A stretch of 64,000 nucleotides of DNA. Origin: a virus. The notes beneath the pieces were generated by a model. The model had not been told where the DNA came from. It saw only the letters and a program-made list of their open reading frames with translations, and did no database searches. Made by a program: the position numbers and the translations under genes. The stretch lies in the IMG/VR virus record IMGVR_UViG_3300042346_000326, positions 1-64,000 of that record; one strand, 5' to 3'. Positions 48,568-56,306 of the stretch are shown here, piece by piece (position 1 is the first letter of the stretch; each line of letters starts with the position of its first letter).

Positions 48568-48852
48568 TTAGTTGTATTCGTTGATAGGTGTATCGGGATT
48601 GCTGATTACTGATTGAGATTTATTTTCTACATCAGTAAGTGTTTCAATGAGTGACTCGAATTGTTCTTCATTAACAATTCTTAGTCTGATTACTTCATTC
48701 ATCTTTTCGATAACAGATTCGAGAGTTTCAATAAAGCCGACAGGTGGCTCGCTTCCATTCTCTACTACTTCTTTTGTTGATTGTGCGATTCCCATTAGCC
48801 CCATTTGTAAGAAGCCAAGTTCATCTTTTGTGAAGTCGTATAACGGATTCAT
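48568..48852 (-). CDS. Hypothetical protein
   Basis: ORF with AAAGGA RBS. Confidence 0.55.
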   Translation of the reverse strand: MNPLYDFTKDELGFLQMGLMGIAQSTKEVVENGSEPPVGFIETLESVIEKMNEVIRLRIVNEEQFESLIETLTDVENKSQSVISNPDTPINEYN

Positions 48853-49117
48853 TTGTTTTCCTTTCGTGGTTCTAACTCATTGTGAATCAAGCAGAACCAT
48901 GACTCTTTGTCGTATGCGACAAGTGTGTGTTCAGTATTCATTTAACGAGCCTTTCTTTGTGGTCTTTACGGACATGATTGGTAAGAGTTTCAGAAGCGAA
49001 ACCGCTACGAACCTCTAGTTCTTTGTCGCATACAGGGCATTGAACAATTCTTTGCGCCATGTAAGTAACTCCTTTTCTCTGTAATGGGTATTCGGTATTA
49101 AGTTGTTTATTCAGTTG

Positions 49118-49291
49118 TTATTTAGTTGTATCTCGATAAGGAGTCCATGTAGTCCAGCGAGATTCGCCTTCTACATTTATCCGTAACTTAACTAGGTCGT
49201 TGCGAACAGGAACTATCTCTTCAATGATTCCTGTAATGCGTGACTTAGTAGAAGTGAATAAGTCACCGATTGCGTATTTATCTTTTTCCAT
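49118..49291 (-). CDS. Small SH3-like hypothetical protein (57 aa), first gene after the ncRNA candidate
   Basis: MEKDKYAIGDLFTSTKSRITGIIEEIVP...RWTTW; purine-rich RBS; not in ORF track. Confidence 0.6.
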   Translation of the reverse strand: MEKDKYAIGDLFTSTKSRITGIIEEIVPVRNDLVKLRINVEGESRWTTWTPYRDTTK

Positions 49292-49369
49292 TGTGTTGCC
49301 TCTTTCCTTATGTAACCACCGCGATTGTCACCGAATCTCATTCACAGAATCGGTATCGGTGACAATCAC

Positions 49370-49945
49370 AGAAAACACATAAGCGAAATTACTAAGTATG
49401 AATAACTCGTTTATTCAATTACTGTCATTGTTCTTGGAACAGATTGGTTACTGTCGGCACTAACTATTGTTAGCAATCCATAGGTAATGAATAACTGAGT
49501 TACACAACTTTCCGTAACTCGTCTAAGCCTTCTGCTATTCACAATAACTTTCGTTAATGTTGATTACGATTTATTAGGAGTGCGCTCTGCTCGCTTGTAA
49601 CTTTTGTCGCTCGTAATTCGATACGCGGTAAGTTTGAGTATCGAATTAGTTATCGCGGATACAAGGTCTTCGCATAGAAGTCACTTCGTGCGTTCCGTTA
49701 TTCGTAATTTAATTTAGTCGCGTAATGCGTAAATCATTTTGCCAATTTAATTTTGAGTATCACTCGCGGTCTTATGACCTATTAAGTAAATTGAATAACT
49801 GCCGATAGTAAATTGGGATAATCACAATTACTAAATCGTCATAACAGTTTTTGCGTAATGAATCTAAATCGCAGATTCTTAGTCACTATGTAATTTTCTA
49901 AGTTCGAGTGGGTTCTTTGGAGAGCCTCTCGGCTCTACCTCTGAC
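49370..49945 (-). ncRNA. Candidate large structured non-coding RNA (~530-580 nt)
   Basis: No credible ORF; 5'-3' closing stem, many hairpins, GAGA and GAAA tetraloops, long-range pairings. Confidence 0.6.
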
Positions 49946-49954
49946 CACGCCCCA

Positions 49955-49963
49955 AGTATGCCA
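49955..49963 (-). promoter_or_regulatory. Putative extended -10 promoter of the minus-strand transcript
   Basis: TGG-CATACT on minus strand just upstream of the GAGA hairpin; no clear -35. Confidence 0.45.
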
Positions 49964-50039
49964 TAGATTGACCGACTCAGTTTGCCACCCCTATTAAGAG
50001 CGTGTTTATGGGGCTTTTAGCCCCTAGAGCCCCTGCCCC

Positions 50040-50810
50040 CCAAGTAACCCACCTGCTATCACCACCGCTTCAGAAGAGTTAGTTAGTGAATGAGCGTGAG
50101 CCCCCACATAACTAATCGCGCCAAAGAGTTTTTCTTTTCAGTAATGACTAATACAAAGATAGTAATAGATAGATAGAAGTTAATAATAGAGATAGATAAA
50201 TACCCACATAAGTAACTCGGTAACTACACTCAATTAGTCAATAATCAAATAAACACATAACAAAGTTTGTAATAGCAAATAATTAAGTAACTTCTGACCT
50301 TCTGCTGTCGTATCTAAGCGTAGAAGAGTAAAAAGTAAGTAACTCCGCCGTTTAATTCTGGAAGTTACTTACTGACTAACTCAGATAGCCCGTAACTAAC
50401 TAGCCACCACCACCGCCATAACCGCCACCTGATACATCTTGTCGTTACAAGGAGAAGTGACTCATCTACCTACTAGGGAATAACTGAGTTAGTCATAGTG
50501 ATAGAAGATAATTGAAACAATTAGTAATAGATACATAACAACACATAACTAATAACGCGTTGCGTTACTAATGCGTGATTATGTGATAACAACTGACTAG
50601 GTGACTCGTTGGCTTGGTGGTATCCGCACAGACCATGTTGCTAAATAAACAGTAGCCGAAGTGTTGTCACCAAAGTTGTCACCAAGTTATTTGTTACACC
50701 TGATAACAACGCATGAGTTGAACAACAACCACCTGATTAGTAGTCAGGTGGTAGGTGTTCTCATGTGTAACTAACAACAACCCCCCCACCATTAAACGGA
50801 AAACGCCAAA
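50040..50810. repeat. TAAC-rich non-coding region (possible genome terminus/packaging region)
   Basis: Many TAAC(T/A) words, GTTGTCACCAA twice in tandem near 50663, C7 tract near 50780. Confidence 0.45.
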
Positions 50811-50871
50811 TGAACAGCCAGGTGAGACACATGGTTGAGGGGTTGGGGCCAGGGCAGTAGCCAAAAGACGG

Positions 50872-51141
50872 CTAGTGGCCCTCGTCAATGGTCCACGCCT
50901 TATGGGTAGGAGAGTCCTTTATCATCTTTACGGTCTTATAGCCTGTAAGCCATTTAAGGGCATCCTTTAACGCCTGGTCTGATGTCTTAGATTGCCCTTT
51001 CATATACGTATAAGGCTGCTGTATCTCTGGATTAGTGGGGTATTCATGCCAACAGTCAGTTCTGATTCCCCAATGCCACACAGATTTACGGTTTGTAACG
51101 AGGATTGTAAATTGGCCATTCACACATTTAGTGTAGTACAT
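50872..51141 (-). CDS. Hypothetical protein
   Basis: ORF from MYYTKC; start uncertain. Confidence 0.35.
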   Translation of the reverse strand: MYYTKCVNGQFTILVTNRKSVWHWGIRTDCWHEYPTNPEIQQPYTYMKGQSKTSDQALKDALKWLTGYKTVKMIKDSPTHKAWTIDEGH

Positions 51142-51192
51142 GCTAGTGCGGTTGACGATGTGGGGCCAAGGCAGTAGCCGTAAACTAGCCAC

Positions 51193-51498
51193 ATGGCAGA
51201 CTTTCTTAGCAGAGTGCAGTTCAAAAATCACTCTACTCCCTATGAGGACAAGATTGGGGCCCATTTAGGCAAGCAGCAGGTTGGATGGCTAGACCTTGAT
51301 AAAGATACGGGTGTAGTTAATGAGGTATATGTTAAGGAGCAGCACCAGGGTAAGGGTATCGCCACAGGCATGTGGAAGCACGCCCAGGAGTCTGGCTTAA
51401 ATCCAAGACATTCTGATACTCGTTCCGAGTCTGGAGATGCTTGGGCGCAATCTCTTTATCAAAAGGGACTGGCTCCAGAACCAGAGAGTATGGAATAA
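51193..51498 (+). CDS. GNAT-family acetyltransferase-like
   Basis: VYVKEQHQGKGIATGMW (motif A); HSDTRSESGDAWA. Confidence 0.8.
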   Translation: MADFLSRVQFKNHSTPYEDKIGAHLGKQQVGWLDLDKDTGVVNEVYVKEQHQGKGIATGMWKHAQESGLNPRHSDTRSESGDAWAQSLYQKGLAPEPESME

Positions 51499-51824
51499 TG
51501 AGCAATCTAGGCCCTCAATTCGACCCCTTACAAGAGGCTAGGAGTATCAAGAACAATAAGAGCCGCCTAACTAGGACCCTAAAGGCCGTAGGACTAGAGC
51601 CACGGAGACGATTTAAGTCAAGAAGCGGAAAGGTATCGATGCAATCTGCAGGATTGGTATACACCGCTACAGATAGCAACAGTACAACGGTCCACTACGC
51701 CACTGGTAGTCCTGGAGATAACAACGTGGAACCATATCATCAGCGGATACTAAAGGCCCTTATCGATGCCGACTACAACGCTTCAATGAAGGATGGCAAA
51801 ATTCACGTACAGCACTCTATGTGA
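51498..51824 (+). CDS. Hypothetical protein (MSNLGPQF...)
   Basis: TAATG coupling. Confidence 0.55.
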   Translation: MSNLGPQFDPLQEARSIKNNKSRLTRTLKAVGLEPRRRFKSRSGKVSMQSAGLVYTATDSNSTTVHYATGSPGDNNVEPYHQRILKALIDADYNASMKDGKIHVQHSM

Positions 51825-51836
51825 TAGGCTCTGTCT

Positions 51837-51998
51837 ATGAGCATCGAGAAGCGAATCGGCAAGGTATGGATATATTTTGGTTGGAACTTTAGAAGAGTTG
51901 CATTTGGAATCTCAGTAGACCGCTTTGAGATAGCGTTTGATTTTCTATTCTGGTACTTCACAATTGAATTTTGGCCAATATTTTCCAGTAACGACTAG
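51837..51998 (+). CDS. Small aromatic-rich protein (53 aa)
   Basis: Leaderless-type start after TAGGCT; not in ORF track. Confidence 0.45.
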   Translation: MSIEKRIGKVWIYFGWNFRRVAFGISVDRFEIAFDFLFWYFTIEFWPIFSSND

Positions 51999-52062
51999 TA
52001 CCTCCCCTAGCAGATAAGATTTCACGCTATCTTTTTTAGGCAGTAGCCTCATAATACTCTTT

Positions 52063-52179
52063 ATGAGTAGCCTGTCTGCAAACCAATTCGTAATGCCTAA
52101 AGAGCAGTATGTAAATGTCGCCATGCAGATGATGCCTCCATCAGGGGCCACTAACACAGCAAGTAGCACCAAGGCATGA
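52063..52179 (+). CDS. 38-aa peptide (MSSLSANQF...)
   Basis: CATAAT 7 nt upstream; ATGA-coupled to next gene; carries the shared tag. Confidence 0.45.
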   Translation: MSSLSANQFVMPKEQYVNVAMQMMPPSGATNTASSTKA

Positions 52180-52709
52180 GCAGATACGCAGAGTTCAGTG
52201 ATTCAGCAGGTCGCCACTATGTAGAAGGCGAGATGCCCGAACAAGTCAAATATCGTCACAAGTTATCTAACTTTGGAGAACCTAGGCGCATCTCGGTCTA
52301 TGACCCTAGTGACTCAACGCCACGTCGTGCTAGTGAACAGGGCCATATAGAAGAACATCCAAAAGGTGAACCTGGTCTTGTGGGATATGCAGATATCTAT
52401 CGTGAAAAAGGCGGCGAACAATTCGGCACTCTAACAAATGCAGAGGGAAAGAAAGAGCCACTCATTAGTAAGGCCCATACCAATATCGGCTTTGTAACAG
52501 TAGAACCCAAACATCGTGGTGGCGGCATATCAAAACAACTAATTAACTATGTAGATAAGACCACACCAAAAGATGCCCAAGTAAATTTTGGTGAGATTGC
52601 ACACATCGGCATGGCCAAGATTGCTTCAAAGATGCAGGCAGAAAACCCAAGTCGTATTCATGCAAAAGACTTGTGGTACTACAAAGACAAACTTAAGGAA
52701 GGCCAATGA
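52176..52709 (+). CDS. GNAT-family acetyltransferase-like
   Basis: IGFVTVEPKHRGGGISKQLI. Confidence 0.75.
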   Translation: MSRYAEFSDSAGRHYVEGEMPEQVKYRHKLSNFGEPRRISVYDPSDSTPRRASEQGHIEEHPKGEPGLVGYADIYREKGGEQFGTLTNAEGKKEPLISKAHTNIGFVTVEPKHRGGGISKQLINYVDKTTPKDAQVNFGEIAHIGMAKIASKMQAENPSRIHAKDLWYYKDKLKEGQ

Positions 52710-53101
52710 AGAAGACGCCTCCTCCTAAAAATCCTAATGACAGAAGAAACCTGTCGGGGGTTCAGTTTAGATACTTTCCACCTGAAGATAAGTACTCATT
52801 TCATGAACTACATGCCATCTCTCCAGATGCTTATAACAAGAACAGCAGAACAGGAAAAGGATTAGTCGTCGGGCGGTTGCAGTGGCATCCAAAGTCTGGT
52901 GAGGTCAATTGGGTGCGCACACACGAGAACTATCGAGGCCTAGGTGTCGCATCTACGTTATGGGAAAAGGCTAATAAGTTATCTGCCGATACTGGAATAA
53001 GAGCACCCAAACATTCTAAGCACCGCACTGACCAGGGCGATGCGTGGGCAAAATCTGTCGGGGGCGTTACGCCATCACGAGCCAACTATGAGGAGTGGTG
53101 A
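52706..53101 (+). CDS. GNAT-family acetyltransferase-like (paralog of 51193)
   Basis: VRTHENYRGLGVASTLW; HSKHRTDQGDAWA. Confidence 0.8.
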   Translation: MKKTPPPKNPNDRRNLSGVQFRYFPPEDKYSFHELHAISPDAYNKNSRTGKGLVVGRLQWHPKSGEVNWVRTHENYRGLGVASTLWEKANKLSADTGIRAPKHSKHRTDQGDAWAKSVGGVTPSRANYEEW

Positions 53102-53604
53102 TGAGTAACCTAGGTCGCCAGTGGAAACAGGACCCACTCATCATGACGCCAAAAGAATTAGAAGGCCATGTTCAAGATACTCTAAAGTCAAATCCATTTA
53201 AAACAACTACAGAGAGAATTACAGATAACCCACATGGCGCTTGCTATGACGCTTCCTGTTTAATTCATGGCTATCTGCCACATGGCTCACACGTCGCTGT
53301 CTATGGTGGAAAGCACCACGACCCAAAGTCTACAAATCCAGGAGACTGGTACAGCAATCACTTTGTACATCACGTACCTACTACAGAGGGTATGCACGCT
53401 GTTGATTTGACGCATCGTCAATTTGATTCATCAGAGAAGACTCCCCTAGTAGAGCCACTACAGAAGTTTCAAGATAGAAACGTAATGAAGGGCTTTAGAA
53501 CTCTGCGCACTGATGCAGAGCACGCAAAGTTATACACAGAGGGTAGAAAGACCAAGCCTCTAGGTAAGAAGATGGCTAGAGAATTGCGCAGGGATGTCAC
53601 ATGA
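53101..53604 (+). CDS. Papain/transglutaminase-like protein (Cys-His-Asp)
   Basis: GACYDAS...NHFVH...AVDLTHRQF. Confidence 0.55.
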   Translation: MSNLGRQWKQDPLIMTPKELEGHVQDTLKSNPFKTTTERITDNPHGACYDASCLIHGYLPHGSHVAVYGGKHHDPKSTNPGDWYSNHFVHHVPTTEGMHAVDLTHRQFDSSEKTPLVEPLQKFQDRNVMKGFRTLRTDAEHAKLYTEGRKTKPLGKKMARELRRDVT

Positions 53605-53882
53605 GTGCATCAGATAACCTATCAAGCCAATTGTTTCATGGAACAAGGGCAAAGATAAAGGGACAGATAATTAACCCAGGTCCATCTGGATTTGCGTATG
53701 CAACAACTGACAGAGGTTCTGCAGAATTATTCGGCAAAACAAAGATGCCAGAAGGTGAACTAGGAGATAACAAGGTCTATCGCGTTATGTCATTAGGAGA
53801 AACGACTACCAAGCCAGGTAACTTTAAGGGTGAGACTCACCACATCTCCGACACTGGCTTCTTGATATTAGGTGAAGCATGA
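53601..53882 (+). CDS. ADP-ribosyltransferase-like (Arr/H-Y type)
   Basis: LFHGT...FAYATTD...A...VYRV. Confidence 0.65.
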   Translation: MSASDNLSSQLFHGTRAKIKGQIINPGPSGFAYATTDRGSAELFGKTKMPEGELGDNKVYRVMSLGETTTKPGNFKGETHHISDTGFLILGEA

Positions 53883-54307
53883 GCGCCCTATCTAACGAGT
53901 TATTTTTTGAAGCACATCGCGGACTTCGTCTAAAGGGCAAAGAAAAAGTTAATAAAGACGAATTAGGTATGCACTGGTCTGCAGATAGAGATAAAGCAGA
54001 TGAGTTTGCAACAAAGCACATAAATTGGCCTGAGTGGGAACATGGCAAGACTTATCATGCCCAGATACCTGTATCTGCTGTAGAGACTGGATTCACTCGT
54101 CTACGTGACAGTGGCTTCGCTAACTTTGCTGGTAAAGACCCATTAGGTGAAAAGGAAGTGCCAGTAAAAGAGGGCGCTACAGTAAAGGTCACAGGCGTTA
54201 CTAGCCATCGTAGAACATACCTAGGACCTAACAAGACCGTTAATCAGGGAACGGCATTGAAGTCACGTACCCGTCGTTACAACCCACCAAGAGAGATGAA
54301 GGCATGA
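53879..54307 (+). CDS. ADP-ribosyltransferase-like (R-S-E type)
   Basis: AHRGL...GMHWS...A..FA...EKEV. Confidence 0.6.
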   Translation: MSALSNELFFEAHRGLRLKGKEKVNKDELGMHWSADRDKADEFATKHINWPEWEHGKTYHAQIPVSAVETGFTRLRDSGFANFAGKDPLGEKEVPVKEGATVKVTGVTSHRRTYLGPNKTVNQGTALKSRTRRYNPPREMKA

Positions 54308-54489
54308 CTTGTCGTCATGTCTATGAATATGTTGGGGCGGCAATATGTCCCGCGTGCGGGCGCGATACGCACGAACCAGACACCGAACTTCATAACAAGT
54401 TGTTCAAAGAGCATTACGAGCAGGGCCGTCATCTGGTATACAAGTGTCCTGTAGAGGGCGGCACTATACGAGGTTGGTGGAGCATATGA
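54304..54489 (+). CDS. Small Zn-ribbon protein
   Basis: CRH...CPACG. Confidence 0.5.
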   Translation: MTCRHVYEYVGAAICPACGRDTHEPDTELHNKLFKEHYEQGRHLVYKCPVEGGTIRGWWSI

Positions 54490-54917
54490 GTGCACCTTTA
54501 TCTGAACCGTTGTTTCATGGTTCAAGCCATCCCTTTAACAAGGGCGACATTATTAAGCCTATGGAGATGGACCACGCACATGCCACAACAGATAAGGCAT
54601 ATGCCAATAACTACTCGACATTAGATGCAGAACGAGATTACAGTAGAGACCCAAAGTCTTTATTTACATATACCTACAAAGTCAGTCCTGTAGATGAAAA
54701 AGAGATGCACTCAGAGACAGAACCGTGGAGAACTGACCCAGTTAAAAAGAACCTACGTCTTGCTAAAGACATTCCTAATATCTATGTGTCCAAAAAAGGA
54801 TTTAAAGTAGAGGGCATCGAGTCAATGAGGGCGCACCCACAGATAGTTACAGATAACAAGGTTCTAGAGAACGCTCTGAGCGCTTGGAGACGAAAACGTG
54901 ACAGAGAAGAGTCCTAA
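54486..54917 (+). CDS. ADP-ribosyltransferase-like (Arr type)
   Basis: LFHGS...GDIIKP...AHATTD..YA..Y...YTYKVSP. Confidence 0.65.
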   Translation: MSAPLSEPLFHGSSHPFNKGDIIKPMEMDHAHATTDKAYANNYSTLDAERDYSRDPKSLFTYTYKVSPVDEKEMHSETEPWRTDPVKKNLRLAKDIPNIYVSKKGFKVEGIESMRAHPQIVTDNKVLENALSAWRRKRDREES

Positions 54918-55099
54918 TCCTGCTAGGGTCAAGAAGGTCCAGGAATTAAGGCGCTCTAACGCTGCTACCCCTGTCCCCTCTAAAAAGGTCTATACAAGGA
55001 AGAAAAAGCATTCAAAGGGCGCAAATCGGGCATCTCTTTAGGCTCAAACCCAAGTTGACCCCTTTGGTATCCTTGGGTACTGGAGGCGAAGGGGAGACC

Positions 55100-55651
55100 A
55101 TGACAACAATCATTGGAGTTCAGTACGAAGACCACTGCCTATTTATGGCAGATAATCAAGTTACATTAGATGGTGGTCGTCGTTACAAACACCCCGATAT
55201 GAAAAAGATTAGCAAGGTAGGCGAATACCTTGTTGCAGGTTCTGGCGAAGTTGCACCATGCGATATTGCGCAACATCTATGGACGCCACCTGCTATGTCT
55301 GCCAAAGACAGAAAAGATACTTATCACTTTGTTATTGCTAAGTTGATGCCATCGCTACGCAAATGTCTTGAAGACAATGGCTACGATTTCGATGAAGGCA
55401 AATCTGACGGCAAGTCAGGTGAATCACGATTCAATCTGCTTGTTGCCGCTAATGGTCAGATATTCGACATTGCCGATGATATGTCGGTCTGTATGTCAGA
55501 TGCTGGCTTCTATGGCGTTGGCTCTGGCTCTCCATATGCATTAGGTGCTCTCTATGGTGGTGTTAAGCCAGAAAAGGCTATGGCTGTTGCTGAGAAGATA
55601 GATGTCAATACTTCTGGGCCGTTTCAGAAAGAAGTTCAGTACAAGAAGTAA
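55100..55651 (+). CDS. Proteasome-beta/HslV-like Ntn hydrolase
   Basis: M-TTIIG (N-terminal Thr), ADNQ, KKI, AGSG, GVGSGSPYALG, DVNTSG. Confidence 0.85.
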   Translation: MTTIIGVQYEDHCLFMADNQVTLDGGRRYKHPDMKKISKVGEYLVAGSGEVAPCDIAQHLWTPPAMSAKDRKDTYHFVIAKLMPSLRKCLEDNGYDFDEGKSDGKSGESRFNLLVAANGQIFDIADDMSVCMSDAGFYGVGSGSPYALGALYGGVKPEKAMAVAEKIDVNTSGPFQKEVQYKK

Positions 55652-55741
55652 CTTTTGTGAAATAAATCACACTCTGATATAGTTACATATACGGCTTGCC
55701 ATTCGGGAGCCATTAAACCTAGTCTCGTCTAAGGAGAGATT

Positions 55742-56227
55742 ATGACACCCTATGAAGTTATGAAAAAGAAATCTACGTATCCTGATTACGCACATAAAAT
55801 GGAAACCCCAAAGGACCCCTTTACAACACTTGAACCCTTTTTAAATTCATGGACTATCGGTTTTGACCGACACTTCCAACTACTTGAGGAGTTGCGCAAT
55901 GCATCAAAGTCAACCTATCCCCCATACAACATCGTACAAGTTGATGACGGAGAGACCTACATCATCGAGATTGCAGCGGCTGGCTTCACCAAAGAGGATA
56001 TCGAAGTCTCTTTTAGAGAGAACCAACTTATCGTCACTGGAAAGATGGAAGATGATTCAGCCCAGTATCTCCACAAAGGCATAGCATCACGGGACTTCGA
56101 ACAGTCCTTTGCCCTTGCCGATGATGTAAGGGTAGTAGACGCATCTATGCAGGATGGAATTCTGTCCATTCGTCTAGAGCGAGAAATTCCTGAACATAAG
56201 AAACCACGAACAATTACTATCAAGTAA
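55742..56227 (+). CDS. Small heat-shock protein Hsp20 (IbpA-like)
   Basis: IGFDR, YPPYNI, IAAAGF, YLHKGIA.RDF...DGILSIRLER. Confidence 0.92.
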   Translation: MTPYEVMKKKSTYPDYAHKMETPKDPFTTLEPFLNSWTIGFDRHFQLLEELRNASKSTYPPYNIVQVDDGETYIIEIAAAGFTKEDIEVSFRENQLIVTGKMEDDSAQYLHKGIASRDFEQSFALADDVRVVDASMQDGILSIRLEREIPEHKKPRTITIK

Positions 56228-56252
56228 TATACGTCACACAATTTAATACGAG

Positions 56253-56283
56253 GCTCCTGGGCATGAGCACGCAAAAACTGCCC
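56253..56283 (+). other. Compact H-type pseudoknot 3' of hsp20
   Basis: GCTC/GAGC stem with loop GGGCA pairing to downstream TGCCC. Confidence 0.45.
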
Positions 56284-56306
56284 ATTCAATCTGCTAGGCT
56301 TTTCGT

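Noticed and set aside
49200-50888. Short ORFs 49200..49382 (+) and 50694..50888 (-)
   Set aside because: No RBS or motifs; the first is antisense to a better ORF and hairpin, the second lies in low-complexity sequence
53601-54917. Rifampin resistance (arr) call
   Set aside because: Only the generic ART core motif is visible; substrate cannot be inferred
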